A DNA stretch of 63,616 bases, the filler included, from Octopus bimaculoides (lineage: Eukaryota), in assembly GCF_001194135.2 (NCBI RefSeq). It is 4 parts of 4 records of this genome, joined end to end, with 100 filler letters (N's around TTAATTAATTAA, not from the genome) between each part and the next. Parts side by side here need not be neighbours in the genome. Positions count along the whole stretch, not along the records: positions 51,593 to 63,616 come from NW_026429814.1; 3 more parts are not named here. One strand, written 5' to 3'. Below are positions 51,893 to 63,616 of the stretch, in pieces (the first letter of the stretch is position 1; each line of letters opens with the position of its first letter). A model generated the notes under the pieces. The model was given only the letters and a program-made list of their open reading frames with translations, was not told the DNA's origin and made no database searches. A program made the position numbers and the translations under genes.

Positions 51893-51961
51893 TCAGTAAA
51901 TCATAAATCCAAAAGAGAAGCATACTCTAAGTTATAGAGTAGTAGAGTAATTAAATAAAGA

Positions 51962-52068
51962 TAGTTAAGGCTGGTCTATGAGGTTTCTGTGGATTTCATG
52001 TCCCGTTGTAAAGTTAAGCGCTTTATGGACTCGAAATCCAGGGTAACCTCATAGACCAGCCTTAACTA
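51962..52068. repeat. ~107-nt hairpin with perfect 24-bp outer stem
   Basis: TAGTTAAGGCTGGTCTATGAGGTT (51962-51985) pairs with AACCTCATAGACCAGCCTTAACTA (52045-52068). Inner pairings are TGGATTTC/GAAATCCA, GTCC/GGAC and TAAAG/CTTTA. Confidence 0.85.
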
Positions 52069-52159
52069 CTTTTGTCTAATACACACACACACACACGCAC
52101 AACTATACATTTAGGCAACCACAAAGTATACATACATTCATACATACATACCAAAGTAA

Positions 52160-52606
52160 GCACATAAATGCCAGCAATTCGCACCAAACACCAAAACCTA
52201 TTGCCGAAGAAAGTTTTGTTGTTGCATGACAATGCACGCCCACACATGGTTTCCCAGACCATTGAAACCATTAACCAATTGGGTTTTGAGGTGTTGGAAC
52301 ACCTTGCCTACAGCCCAGATTTCGTCCCTTTCAACTATCATATCTTTGAACCGCTCAAAGATGGTTTATGAGGTCGTCGATTTCCAACGGATGAAGATGT
52401 GAAGGAAGAGGTGCATAAATGGTTGCACGACCAACCAAAAACCTTCTTCTTTGAGGGAATATGAAAGCTTGTGGACCACTGAACTACTGAACCAAGTGCA
52501 TTGAAAAGGAAGAAGACTATATTGAAAAATGACGCACTTGTTTATCCCCTGCTTTTGTATAAATACATTGAAAAAACAAGTGCGTATAATGCTTGACTCT
52601 CCCTCG
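52160..52606 (+). mobile_element. Mariner transposon 3' fragment
   Basis: VLLLHDNARPH..FEVLEHLAYSPDFVPFNYHIF..RRFPTDEDVKEEVHKWL. It ends with ...GCTTGACTCTCCCTCG+TA, consistent with a mariner TIR. The third catalytic Asp appears as Asn. Confidence 0.9.
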
Positions 52607-54029
52607 TACATAATTTTAGTAGATGGATGATGTTCTAATGATGAGGTTAAAGAAAGGTACAGAGAGAGAGAGAGGGGGTAGAACGAGAGGGGGAGAGAGA
52701 CATGGTGGTGGTTGTGGAGATAGAGGCGGTGTGATCAGAGAGTAAAAAGTATATTTTTTTTTTTTGGACTAAGTCTTTTATATTACCTATGACTTAGCGC
52801 ATGCGCATTAGTGCAATTTTGTGAAATATTCGCACTTATTTACATGGCAGATATATGCAATTTAACTAAAGGTTGTATCATATGTACAAGATATGTCTTT
52901 TTTTGTTTATGGGGAAAATGGAAAAATAAAAGTGAATATTTATTTTCTGAGTGCTGTGTATTAAGTCTATAAAATTGTGCATAAAGTATATAGCGTGTAT
53001 ATAGAAAATGCATTGAGTAATCTTTGTATCCAAATTTCTTTCACTTTTCAAGGAGTAGCAGATGAGCAACCATCTTTCTGTACAGACACAACACAGGCTG
53101 CGCTTTCAGGATTTTGGATAAAGTTTTCAGAGTTAACCCAATAGGTTTACCATTAATTCCATAAAATATTCACGGGTCCCGCTAGTCATTATTAAAGGCG
53201 GTAAGTTGGCAGCATTTCATTCGTCTTCATGTTTAAATTCCACCGAGGCTGACTTTACCTTTCATCCTTTGAGGTCGATAAAATAAGTACCAGATGTTCA
53301 CTGGGGTCGATGTAATCGATTAACTCCCTTCCCGAAATTGCTGACCTTGTGCCAAAATTTGAAATCAGTTTTCTTATTATTAAATTTCCTATATTTTATT
53401 GTCGGGCCACAGTTATCTCTATTTCTTTTTTATCAATTGTCTGCATTCCTATTATGATTGACATTTGAAACTTTATTCCCATCAACAATTTCATTATCTT
53501 TATTGCGGAAATTGCTCATATTTACATTATTAACATTATTATAATTGTGCAATTTATAATTATAATAATCATTATGATTTTTTAAACTGTGTTCTTAGTT
53601 GTATTTATGTTTTCAAATTAACCACCACTTGAATTTTCATTATTCCTTCATTATTATTGTTGTGGAGTGAACTGATACCCCTGCACATGACAGTCTTATA
53701 AATAGATGAGCCAGTAGACAATTGGGATGAAACAGCGAGAGCGTTGTCTTGACTAGAGGAGTTTTGTTTGTTTCATCAGATACGTTGAGGCATTGTGATT
53801 TATTATTGACTGTTGTCTGCTTAGCAGAACTTTGTTAAATTTGTTCCCTGTAGCCCCTGTGAGAATTCTTTTGGCGGGATTTATACACTTTAATTATTTT
53901 TCTGTGTCTCTCTTTTGAGAGAAATACTTATTTATCTTTTTCTCTTTTTGAGAGAAATAATTTTGTTTTAAAAAAATATGTTTTGTGCCTTTGAAATGGC
54001 TGTTAATATTATAAATGAAATCATGCCTC

Positions 54030-54790
54030 TCGTAGAGAGTGTTGTTGATGGAACAACGGAAGGTAAAAAACCCCACAAATGTTACTGTTAAGAATTTCGT
54101 GGCAGCAGCCGCTATTCACCAAGAACGTATCTTGGTCCCAAGGGCAGAGATACAATCCTACTATGGAATGCTAACAATAAACGGGGGCGATGTGCAGATC
54201 GCCCCTCCAAGTGAAATTACGAACCAAAGAACAGAACCATCATCTACAATCGCTACTATGTGAAAAACAAAAAAAAAAGTAGCAAACGTAGCAATGGAAA
54301 AAATCGAAAAATGCCTCGGGCAAATTTGAAAAGACATCACCTATTTGACCCAAAGAAAGAAATACGTGACAATAGCGGTACACTTCTCAAATGCCCAAAA
54401 AGCTCGCGAGCACTCGGCAAGAACTATGGAAAATGATGAAGTGGCACTTCTGCCTTCATACCTGGGATGTAGAACGTCCTGGATAAAAATACAAGAAGTG
54501 CTGCCTGAAATTGAGGTCGCGTGGTTGGTGGCCGCATTGTACTTCCAAAGAGAAAAAGTGGAAATCCTGCAAGTCACACGATCTGCCCCACCCCAATTGG
54601 TTGGGGCACTGTCGAAATTGTGGTACAGGCCTCACCCAGTGACCTAGAAAATATTCCCGACCGAGTGTTCTTGGGGGAAGATACAATTCTAAAGGCACAA
54701 GTAGAAGGGAGAAAGACTCGGTGCTTCAAATGTGGGAAAAAAGGACATTTGAGGACTAATAGTAGTAGCTATGAAGAAGATAACCCCAGA
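54030..54790 (+). mobile_element. Gag-like LINE ORF1 fragment with zinc knuckle (L1/Tx1-like)
   Basis: RTSWIKIQEVLPEIEVAWLVAAL; after a frameshift near 54590, GTVEIVVQ..IPDRVFLG..VEGRKTRCFKCGKKGHLRTNS (C-x2-C-x4-H-x4-S, last Cys lost). In-frame TGA at 54261 and 54327. Confidence 0.65.
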
Positions 54791-57683
54791 GGGACCAACA
54801 ACATGAATATCAACCTCCTTGACACTCAATTCTTCAACATACGTGACAAATCTTACAATATGAGCCGGATATACCCGACAATATTACCCTTTAACAAAAG
54901 GGTCTGCATCCCTAGACATACTTATGACCACATGGAAGCACAATTCACTATAGCTAGGACAAAACTTAGACAGATTTTAGAATTATACACTAAGAGACAG
55001 AGACAGAATAAGACAGAGGCCCAACAACTTGGGAATATACCCGCATGTGGCCTTTACAAGCTCATGCAGCGCACGAGGAACGGAGAAGTGATATGCCTTC
55101 CCACAGATAAGTCTGGCAGGATGTCAATAGACAGCTTACCGAACTATATCCAGGCAATGCAACCTCACATCGCCAATATGAAAGTAACAACTTTACAGGC
55201 GCATGAGGAGAGAGAAAAGGTCCTCAACGCCCACATGATGATGTGGACAACTGTTCTTGGACCCCAGAAACGCACAGCCAACCAAATCCAAAAACGAAAT
55301 TATTATTATCATTATTATTATTGTNNNNNNNNNNNNNNNNNNNNNNNNNNNNNNNNNNNNNNNNNNNNNNNNNNNNNNNNNNNNNNNNNNNNNNNNNNNN
55401 NNNNNNNNNNNNNNNNNNNNNNNNNNNNNNNNNNNNNNNNNNNNNNNNNNNNNNNNNNNNNNNNNNNNNNNNNNNNNNNNNNNNNNNNNNNNNNNNNNNN
55501 NNNNNNNNNNNNNNNNNNNNNNNNNNNNNNNNNNNNNNNNNNNNNNNNNNNNNNNNNNNNNNNNNNNNNNNNNNNNNNNNNNNNNNNNNNNNNNNNNNNN
55601 NNNNNNNNNNNNNNNNNNNNNNNNNNNNNNNNNNNNNNNNNNNNNNNNNNNNNNNNNNNNNNNNNNNNNNNNNNNNNNNNNNNNNNNNNNNNNNNNNNNN
55701 NNNNNNNNNNNNNNNNNNNNNNNNNNNNNNNNNNNNNNNNNNNNNNNNNNNNNGACTAGGAAGACCCCTATAGAGAGATGGAGCGGATGGACCAGAGCCA
55801 TAAGGACCCCCGCTAATATTCATCAGGTAAAGAAAATGATCGCACATGCACTAGGAGCTAGTATAAGAGTTACCCTAAAAGGCCACACATTTAAGTTTAA
55901 CAAAATGTACGCCCAGGACGAGGGGGCAGCCATCGGTATTAGTATCGCCGGTGATGTGGCCAATCTCTTCATGGTATGGTGGGACAGAAGGCTTAAGGAA
56001 CGCCTGACACAGAACTCCATACTCGTGAATATGTACTCTCGATATGTCGATGATATCAACATAGTGGTAAAGACACCCCCACAAGAGAGTACTCTTGAAA
56101 TAGAAATAGAAACTAATACTATGGAGAGCATTCAGCAAATAGCTAACTCCATCCACCAGAGTATTAAGGTTACGATAGACTACCCTACTAAACACCCTAA
56201 CCATAGATTATCTGTACTAGATCCTGAACTCTGGCTAGAAACTGAGAATAATAAAACCCGAATCCTTCATTCACACTATACAAAACCTATGGCCTCCAAA
56301 TACCTGATCCACCGGAACTCGGCTATTGCGGACAATGCCAAATTCAATATATTGATGGCAGACCTCGTCAGAGTAAATGCGAAATGTGTCCTGCATGTGC
56401 AACCCTACAGAATTAAAGAGACATATACAACATTTCGTTCACCGCATGCAGTTCTCAGGTTACAGCCATAAAGAAAGGATCAGAGTATACAAAGGAGTTA
56501 TGAAGAAATTTGAAACCATCAAACGTAACGATAGGAATGGGATTTGCCCACTCTATAGGAACAAATCATGGAACACTATTGAAAGGATTAAGAAGAAAAT
56601 AGGGAAGGCCAATTCATGGTATGATAGCCACAAATACCAGAGCGTCATGTTCATCGACACCACCCCTAGAGGCGAACTGGCGTACCACTCTAGAAGGGCC
56701 CTAGACAAACTTAAGCTAAGAATTAAGGTTGTTGAAAGGCCAGGGAACCCTATCAAATCCCTTATCAGTAGAACATACCCTTTTAGTAGAACCCCTTGCA
56801 CTGATAGGAACTGTACTGTATGTAGGTTTGGCCCACAAACAAACTGTAAAACCAGAAATGTGGTCTATAGTATAAGATGTACAGAGGGACGATGCAGTAA
56901 CAAGACAACGACGTATGTAGGTGAAACAGCATGGAGTATAGGGGAGCGGGTAAATGAACACTGGAGGGAACTTAAGGAAGGGAAGAGCTCATCAGTTCTG
57001 TACGAGCACGCTGAGCAAGAACACGGAGGCTCACTCAACAACATAGAAATTAAAATCTTATCCACACATAGCACAGACGCAGCACTTAGACAAATTACAG
57101 AAGCTACACACATAATAGAAGATAAACCTAGCCTGAATAGGAAACTGGAATGGAACACTAACACACACCCCTAACAAACCACAACATATGACAATAAATT
57201 CCCCATAAACCAATAACAATATGAACAAAATATAATACAATACATAGATAAACAAATATAATTAAATACTACATACGTTAACAAAATTAAATTAAATAGA
57301 AAAAATGTAGGTATAAACACATGAACAAATAAATAAATAAAAGCAAAAATAAACGAACATGTATTAACAGAGGATATAGATAATACAGGCACTCCCCATA
57401 CACACACATGCACTTACAAAACATAGACACACATTGAGGGATACGCATGCGTAGACACATACAATAGGAATACAAAATACAAAATGGCTGATAGTTAGCA
57501 AGGTGGGACACACATAAGAAAGAAGAAAGCAAAGGACCACTGATGAGGTTACAGAAGTGTGACGAAAGAACTCTGGCCAAAATAGGATTAATGTAATGTA
57601 ATGTAATATAAAGCTGAAACAAATTAACACCAAATATACAGTGCGTGTGTTTTGATAGGCTAAACTGGCAATATGACCATCCC
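54790..57683 (+). mobile_element. Penelope-like retroelement, Naiad-type (RT plus C-terminal GIY-YIG endonuclease), interrupted by a gap
   Basis: N-terminal FNKRVCIP and GEVICLPTDKSGR; RT AIGISIAGDVANLFMVWWD..YSRYVDDIN; Cys-rich linker PCTDRNCTVC..NCKT; GIY-YIG VVYSIRC..YVGET..ERVNEH. One +1 frameshift near 56376, and an HHR in the 3' region. Confidence 0.9.
57534..57578 (+). ncRNA. Minimal hammerhead ribozyme in the PLE 3' region
   Basis: GGACCA CTGATGA G GTTAC agaagt GTGAC GAA AG aa CT C | TGGCC. The core is intact and stem II has 5 bp; the predicted cleavage is after 57573. Confidence 0.7.
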
Positions 57684-58340
57684 NNNNNNNNNNNNNNNNN
57701 NNNNNNNNNNNNNNNNNNNNNNNNNNNNNNNNNNNNNNNNNNNNNNNNNNNNNNNNNNNNNNNNNNNNNNNNNNNNNNNNNNNNNNNNNNNNNNNNNNNN
57801 NNNNNNNNNNNNNNNNNNNNNNNNNNNNNNNNNNNNNNNNNNNNNNNNNNNNNNNNNNNNNNNNNNNNNNNNNNNNNNNNNNNNNNNNNNNNNNNNNNNN
57901 NNNNNNNNNNNNNNNNNNNNNNNNNNNNNNNNNNNNNNNNNNNNNNNNNNNNNNNNNNNNNNNNNNNNNNNNNNNNNNNNNNNNNNNNNNNNNNNNNNNN
58001 NNNNNNNNNNNNNNNNNNNNNNNNNNNNNNNNNNNNNNNNNNNNNNNNNNNNNNNNNNNNNNNNNNNNNNNNNNNNNNNNNNNNNNNNNNNNNNNNNNNN
58101 NNNNNNNNNNNNNNNNNNNNNNNNNNNNNNNNNNNNNNNNNNNNNNNNNNNNNNNNNNNNNNNNNNNNNNNNNNNNNNNNNNNNNNNNNNNNNNNNNNNN
58201 NNNNNNNNNNNNNNNNNNNNNNNNNNNNNNNNNNNNNNNNNNNNNNNNNNNNNNNNNNNNNNNNNNNNNNNNNNNNNNNNNNNNNNNNNNNNNNNNNNNN
58301 NNNNNNNNNNNNNNNNNNNNNNNNNNNNNNNNNNNNNNNN

Positions 58341-59480
58341 GCACCCCCAACATAAATAGACTACTCTCAATTCACCTAGTATTTGGCTTGAGCCAGCGAA
58401 AAAACGTGACACACCAAGCTGGAGAACATCAATACTTTACTTTGTCAGATGTGGCGAGCTCTTATCGACTGTCTGCACAGTACTGCCAGCAGTATTCATT
58501 TGCGAGTTACGATTTGCCTTTGTTGTCATGTGAGCGCTCTTTTTCATATAATTATTCCAACTTAAACTAGTCACTTCAAAACTCTTACCCAAAATTAAAA
58601 ATCCTTAATTCGGTCTGTTTGATTAACATTTTGCCAACTACATTTTACTATTTTTTGGGTGCTACACATTCACCGCTTTTTCCTTAGGACTTTTTCTATT
58701 GTGCCAACTGATAATTTTCCACCATGCCTCGACGCAAAAGATCCAGTATAAGTCAGCAAACTAATGCTGCAAAGAAAAGTAAACGTATGCGTGCAAATGA
58801 ATCTGCTGAAGATGCCGCCAGGATGAACTCTCTCAATGCATTTAGGATGGCTTCAGCGCAAAGAAGGGAAAGTGAAGAGCAGCATTGTGATCGGTTAGCA
58901 CGTATTGTTGTGCAACGAGCTGCCCAGAGCAACAAGCAACGTTCAGCATGCCGAACAAGAAATGCTTCTCCTACTGCTGCTGCATGAGCTTCAGAGATTG
59001 CAGCACAACGCGCAGATTGACTTACAAGAGATGCTTCCTCAACTGCTGCTTCACGAGCTGCAGAGACTGCAGCACAACACACAGTTCGACTTACAAGAGA
59101 TGACGCAGCAACTGCTGCTGCGTGCGTTATGGATAATGTTGGATGTGCAACCCATCGAAACAGCAGGTAAACATACTATTTCTCTTTATGTCATATCTTT
59201 AGGCTCAACCTTTATATCTGCTAAACAGGCATATGTCAGCAGTTATGTGATAAGGAAAATAAACTCAATTACTGCCGGTCTTTTACAGATCGACCTACTG
59301 TCCCAATGGGAAACAATGACAATGGTGTGGGCGTATGACTGCATGTTCACTATTGCGTTAAATAAATCAAACAACGCAGGGAACATCTGCCATTATGATT
59401 TCTTTCATTCAGTTCAGAGGTGCATCCGTGAATGGTCTAATAACCAAATAGGCATACTTAACAAATAGCCCGGGCAACGC
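58341..59480 (+). mobile_element. Non-autonomous Helitron fragment
   Basis: MPRRKRSSISQQTNAAKKSKRMRANESAE.. followed by Ala/Arg-rich STPR-like repeats, typical of the Helitron Rep N-terminus. It ends in GCCCGGGCAACGC, the first half of the same 3' hairpin. Confidence 0.75.
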
Positions 59481-60305
59481 CATATATATATNNNNNNNNN
59501 NNNNNNNNNNNNNNNNNNNNNNNNNNNNNNNNNNNNNNNNNNNNNNNNNNNNNNNNNNNNNNNNNNNNNNNNNNNNNNNNNNNNNNNNNNNNNNNNNNNN
59601 NNNNNNNNNNNNNNNNNNNNNNNNNNNNNNNNNNNNNNNNNNNNNNNNNNNNNNNNNNNNNNNNNNNNNNNNNNNNNNNNNNNNNNNNNNNNNNNNNNNN
59701 NNNNNNNNNNNNNNNNNNNNNNNNNNNNNNNNNNNNNNNNNNNNNNNNNNNNNNNNNNNNNNNNNNNNNNNNNNNNNNNNNNNNNNNNNNNNNNNNNNNN
59801 NNNNNNNNNNNNNNNNNNNNNNNNNNNNNNNNNNNNNNNNNNNNNNNNNNNNNNNNNNNNNNNNNNNNNNNNNNNNNNNNNNNNNNNNNNNNNNNNNNNN
59901 NNNNNNNNNNNNNNNNNNNNNNNNNNNNNNNNNNNNNNNNNNNNNNNNNNNNNNNNNNNNNNNNNNNNNNNNNNNNNNNNNNNNNNNNNNNNNNNNNNNN
60001 NNNNNNNNNNNNNNNNNNNNNNNNNNNNNNNNNNNNNNNNNNNNNNNNNNNNNNNNNNNNNNNNNNNNNNNNNNNNNNNNNNNNNNNNNNNNNNNNNNNN
60101 NNNNNNNNNNNNNNNNNNNNNNNNNNNNNNNNNNNNNNNNNNNNNNNNNNNNNNNNNNNNNNNNNNNNNNNNNNNNNNNNAAACTGCTGTTGTGACTCAC
60201 AGCCATTTGAGTTTGACCGCGTGACCACTTCCGGAAGCTACGCTCGCCACCTGCAATTAGCAACTCCCCTGTGTTTCCTCCCCCGTTTAGTCAGACAAGT
60301 AAATA

Positions 60306-60870
60306 CAGGGTGTCCCAGAAATAATAATGATTTGAGTGAAATCGGATGCATTAAAAAAAAATTCACTTTAATTTATGTTCATCATGTTTAATGTGTGTTA
60401 AATGTGAAGGCGACGAGCTAGCAGAAACGTTAGCACACTGGGCAAAATGCTTAGTGCTATTTCGTCTGTCTTTACGTCCTGTTTAAATTCCGCCGATGTC
60501 GACTTTGTCTTTCATCCTTTAGGGGTTAGTAAATTAAGTACCAGTTGCGTATTGCGGTCAATCTAATCGACTGGCCTCCTCCCCCAAAATTTTGAGCCTT
60601 GTGCCTAGACTGGAAAAGAATATTGTGTTTGAATTTTGTTAATAATTTCATTTTCATTCCTGTTGGACTCCCTTTTTTCTTTCAATTTGGCAGCAAACAT
60701 TTTCTTTACCACCATCCCCAAGATAGAGCAATTGTCTAGCTGAGCTTAAAGAACACATTCAGTTAGTAGTGCAAAAGCTAACTCCTGAAATGCTTCAAAA
60801 TGTGTTTCACAACGCTAAGCAGAGATTTGAACTATGCAGGGATACAGACATGGTGAAAATTTTCAATAAA
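60306..60870 (+). mobile_element. Tc1/mariner-type deletion derivative with a SINE inserted
   Basis: TA+CAGGGTGTCCCAGAA TIR-like start and a C-terminal remnant AELKEHIQLVVQKLTPEMLQNVFHNAKQRFELC. A family A SINE sits at ~60405-60625. Confidence 0.55.
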
Positions 60871-61199
60871 AGTTCGACGTAAGATTTATAAATCTATTTG
60901 TTATTGTAATAAACATAAAATTTACTATATCATAGGGCCGACCAATGACTTGTGAGTAGATTTGGTAGGTGGAAACTGAAAGAAGACCTCCATATGTATG
61001 GATGTCTGGGTGCATGCCACAGAAAGAATTCAAATATAAAATAGAAGCAGCTCGAGTTGCATGTAGTCATAGTTGGCCATACGACTTGCAATAGCCCTTG
61101 TTTAGTATGCAACATTGGTAAGTCAAAACAATGACGAAACATCGATGTCTATCGCTTGACTTACCTTCAGGTGTTTCTTACACTAGGCGCATAAAACCA

Positions 61200-62560
61200 T
61201 GCGCTAGAGTGGCTGGACCGTACTCACACAAGACCCCGAGAGCAGCAATCAGGTGAAAGGAATCATTGCACATGCAATAGGAGCTAGCATAAGAAACACC
61301 TTGGAGAACCACATAGTAAAGTTTAACAAGAAACTATACATTCAGGTTCAAAGTGCAGCCATTGGTGTCGGTGTAGCTGGAGATGTGGCCGGCCTCTTCA
61401 TGGTGGGACAGAAAACTTAAACAATCCTTAGCAGAACAGTCCACAACTCTTTTACTTTACAGTAGGTATGTAGACGACATTAATAACCTAGTTAAGACCA
61501 ACTCTAGCAACGATAATGTAGAAACTGAGAAGAACATAATGGAGACCATCCAGCAAGCAGTTAACTCCATCCACCATAGTATCAATGTAACTATAGATTA
61601 CCTCCACTAGGCACCCCAAGAATAGACTCCCTGTCCTTGATACTGAACTTTGGTTAGAGACTGTGAACAACAGTGTGCAGCTCCTCCATTCCTATTACAT
61701 GAAACTCGTAGCTTCGAAATATGTTGTTCACAAGAACTCTGCTTTGTCACATAACATAAAAATTAACATACTAATAGTAGACTTAGTTAAGATAATGAAC
61801 AACGTGTCTCCACAATGCAAACCCTATGAAACGAAGAAACATGTACAGAACTTCATACACCGCATGGATATGATCAGAAAGATAGGGTTCAAGTATACAG
61901 GGGTGCTAGAAAGAAGTTAGATAGCATTATATGTAATGAAACTAGTGGTACCTGCCCTAGATATAGAAGCAAGGACTGGAATAGAATACAAAAGGCTTGT
62001 GACAAAGCAGACAGGATGAACACGTGGCATAAAACCGACAAATATCAAGGAGTGATGTTTGTAGAGGCCACAGCCCATGGAGAACTAACCCGTAGATTTA
62101 GGAAATCTCTGAAAGAGACCAAACTCAACATTAAGATTGTTGAAAATTCAGGGAACCTCATCAGATTGCAACTATATAGGACGTACCCCTTTGGAATACC
62201 ATATACACCAATGACAACCCTGGTATTAATTGTATAACTAGACATGTTGTCTACAGCATAAGATGCATAGAAGGTGCTTGTACAGACATGAACATGATAT
62301 ACATAGAGGAGACATCTAGGAGCATTGTGGAAAGAATAAATGAACATTTGAGACAATATGATGACAATAAACAATCCTCCATATTCTACCAACATGCCAA
62401 GGAGCAACATGGAGGCAATCTGGGTCAACTTGACATCCACATTTTATCCAAGCACCCAAAGGACCCAACCCTCAGACAAATACAGGAATACGTTCTCATA
62501 AATGAAAAATTCCCTGTACTAAATAGGAAATATACGTAGTAGGTAATCATACCCCGATAC
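61200..62560 (+). mobile_element. Second, older Naiad-type Penelope-like element (5'-truncated)
   Basis: AIGVGVAGDVA, YSRYVDDIN, ILIVDLVKIMNNVS and VVYSIRC..IYIEETSRSIVERINEH. It is collinear with 55800-57174 but has many frameshifts and stops. Confidence 0.88.
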
Positions 62561-63521
62561 CCACAGTTTATATATATATACGAATTTAGTAAATGGAGTA
62601 AAACGCATATGTTAAATGAATTCTTTTATTTCCAGCATACTTATAAGTTTCGCTACCACTATCAAATAAATCAACTAATAAGATAGTTAATTGACTATTT
62701 AATCATCCGTAGCTCATCAGTAAGGTTGTTAATTTATATGTAAAAAGATATGGTAGACTTATCTCGCTTGATATATGTTATCTAAACACTCTTAATTTTT
62801 GAACCCAAATTAGTACACCAATAGCATCTATAAACATACACTCAAACATTTCTTTCAGTTCAACTTAACATAAACATTACCTCCTACGATGTTCAATACG
62901 TTGTGCTCAATTAACCTTATTCACTTGATTTCATAGTTCTTTCGTAAATACATATCATTCATTTACTGCTTTCATTTTATTCAGCAAAAATAGGAGTTAT
63001 TTATCCTGTTCCAAGTTATATTAGTGGCATTATTCTACGTCTACGAATTCCATTTGTTCTCTTAAACTTTCTTAGACACATCTAAGATTCTGAAAACAAT
63101 CCTAGTTCACTTGTTTACGTTCATCGTAAGATGAATCCAAAACACATAAATATTCTCTTCTCTCTGCTCTATGGCGTATAAATTACTGAACAATATAACA
63201 TTGTATGGATCTAGTTCAAAACGGGCGCACCAGTTTTCATTTATGTTTTATGTAGTGTTTTTGGTACCGAAAGACTTTCGAACTTCGTATACTTATCTAT
63301 TTTGTGTTATAGAACAGAAAAAAAAATTTGTATTCGAAGTTATTTCATGTAAAAAATTGTCTTATTTCGATAATTTCAACCAATCACTGACAAGTATTCA
63401 GCTGCTTACAGTTACTCCTTTGGCAGTTTAAGCGGTGTAAAGCGTATTTAATCTCCATTACTTATGACATTTTGCAGAGAGGCAACACACGTGTGTTCGT
63501 TTTCCTTCGTTTTATTTTTAA

Positions 63522-63616
63522 CTAGCAGAAATACCCGGCTTTGCCCGGGTTAAAGAGAATAATGAAATCTAAAAACGCCGTCTAGACTACGCAACCCTCA
63601 ACTGTTAGTAGCTACG
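63522..63616 (-). mobile_element. Helitron 3' terminus (element extends beyond the window)
   Basis: ACTAGCAGAAATACCCGGCTTTGCCCGGGTTAAAGAG.. is near-identical to 50091-50185. Confidence 0.8.

Noticed and set aside
53660-53890. LTR-like or promoter-like segment with TATAAATA
   Set aside because: No second copy, TG..CA boundaries, PBS or PPT could be found, and a TATA match alone is uninformative in AT-rich DNA.
54261-54329. Selenocysteine readthrough (some Naiads encode selenoproteins)
   Set aside because: The two in-frame TGAs are in the ORF1-like part, in contexts that fit Trp or Arg decay. The Cys positions of both PLE copies are ordinary TGY codons, and I could not identify a SECIS.

Overview
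Eukaryotic, repeat-dense genomic window with many N gaps. The SINE/RTE repeat families and the (CA)n/(AT)n/(ATC)n/(GATA)n load suggest an octopus genome; this is inferred from recalled repeat sequences, not from a search. The only recognisable host gene is cytoplasmic dynein-2 heavy chain (DYNC2H1) on the + strand. Eight internal exons between 1226 and 22061 splice in frame and cover the end of AAA3, AAA4 and the start of the stalk. About 74 aa between the exons at 14411-14643 and 18420-18562 are absent and probably lie in a gap, and no further exon is visible in the remaining ~41 kb. The rest is transposon-derived: tRNA-headed SINEs, RTE and R4/Dong-like LINE fragments, Tc1/mariner relics and MITEs, three Helitron pieces, and two Naiad-like Penelope-like elements (PLEs). 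The most notable signals are: (i) a set of minimal hammerhead ribozyme (HHR) motifs, including a cluster at 30.6-31.0 kb with two intact-core copies and a half copy in a fold-back, and one HHR in the 3' end of the younger PLE; (ii) a gag-like zinc-knuckle ORF1 running in frame into the N-terminus of that PLE; (iii) several fold-back hairpins; and (iv) an apparent change in CpG content that suggests the 3' half of the window is not DYNC2H1 gene body.
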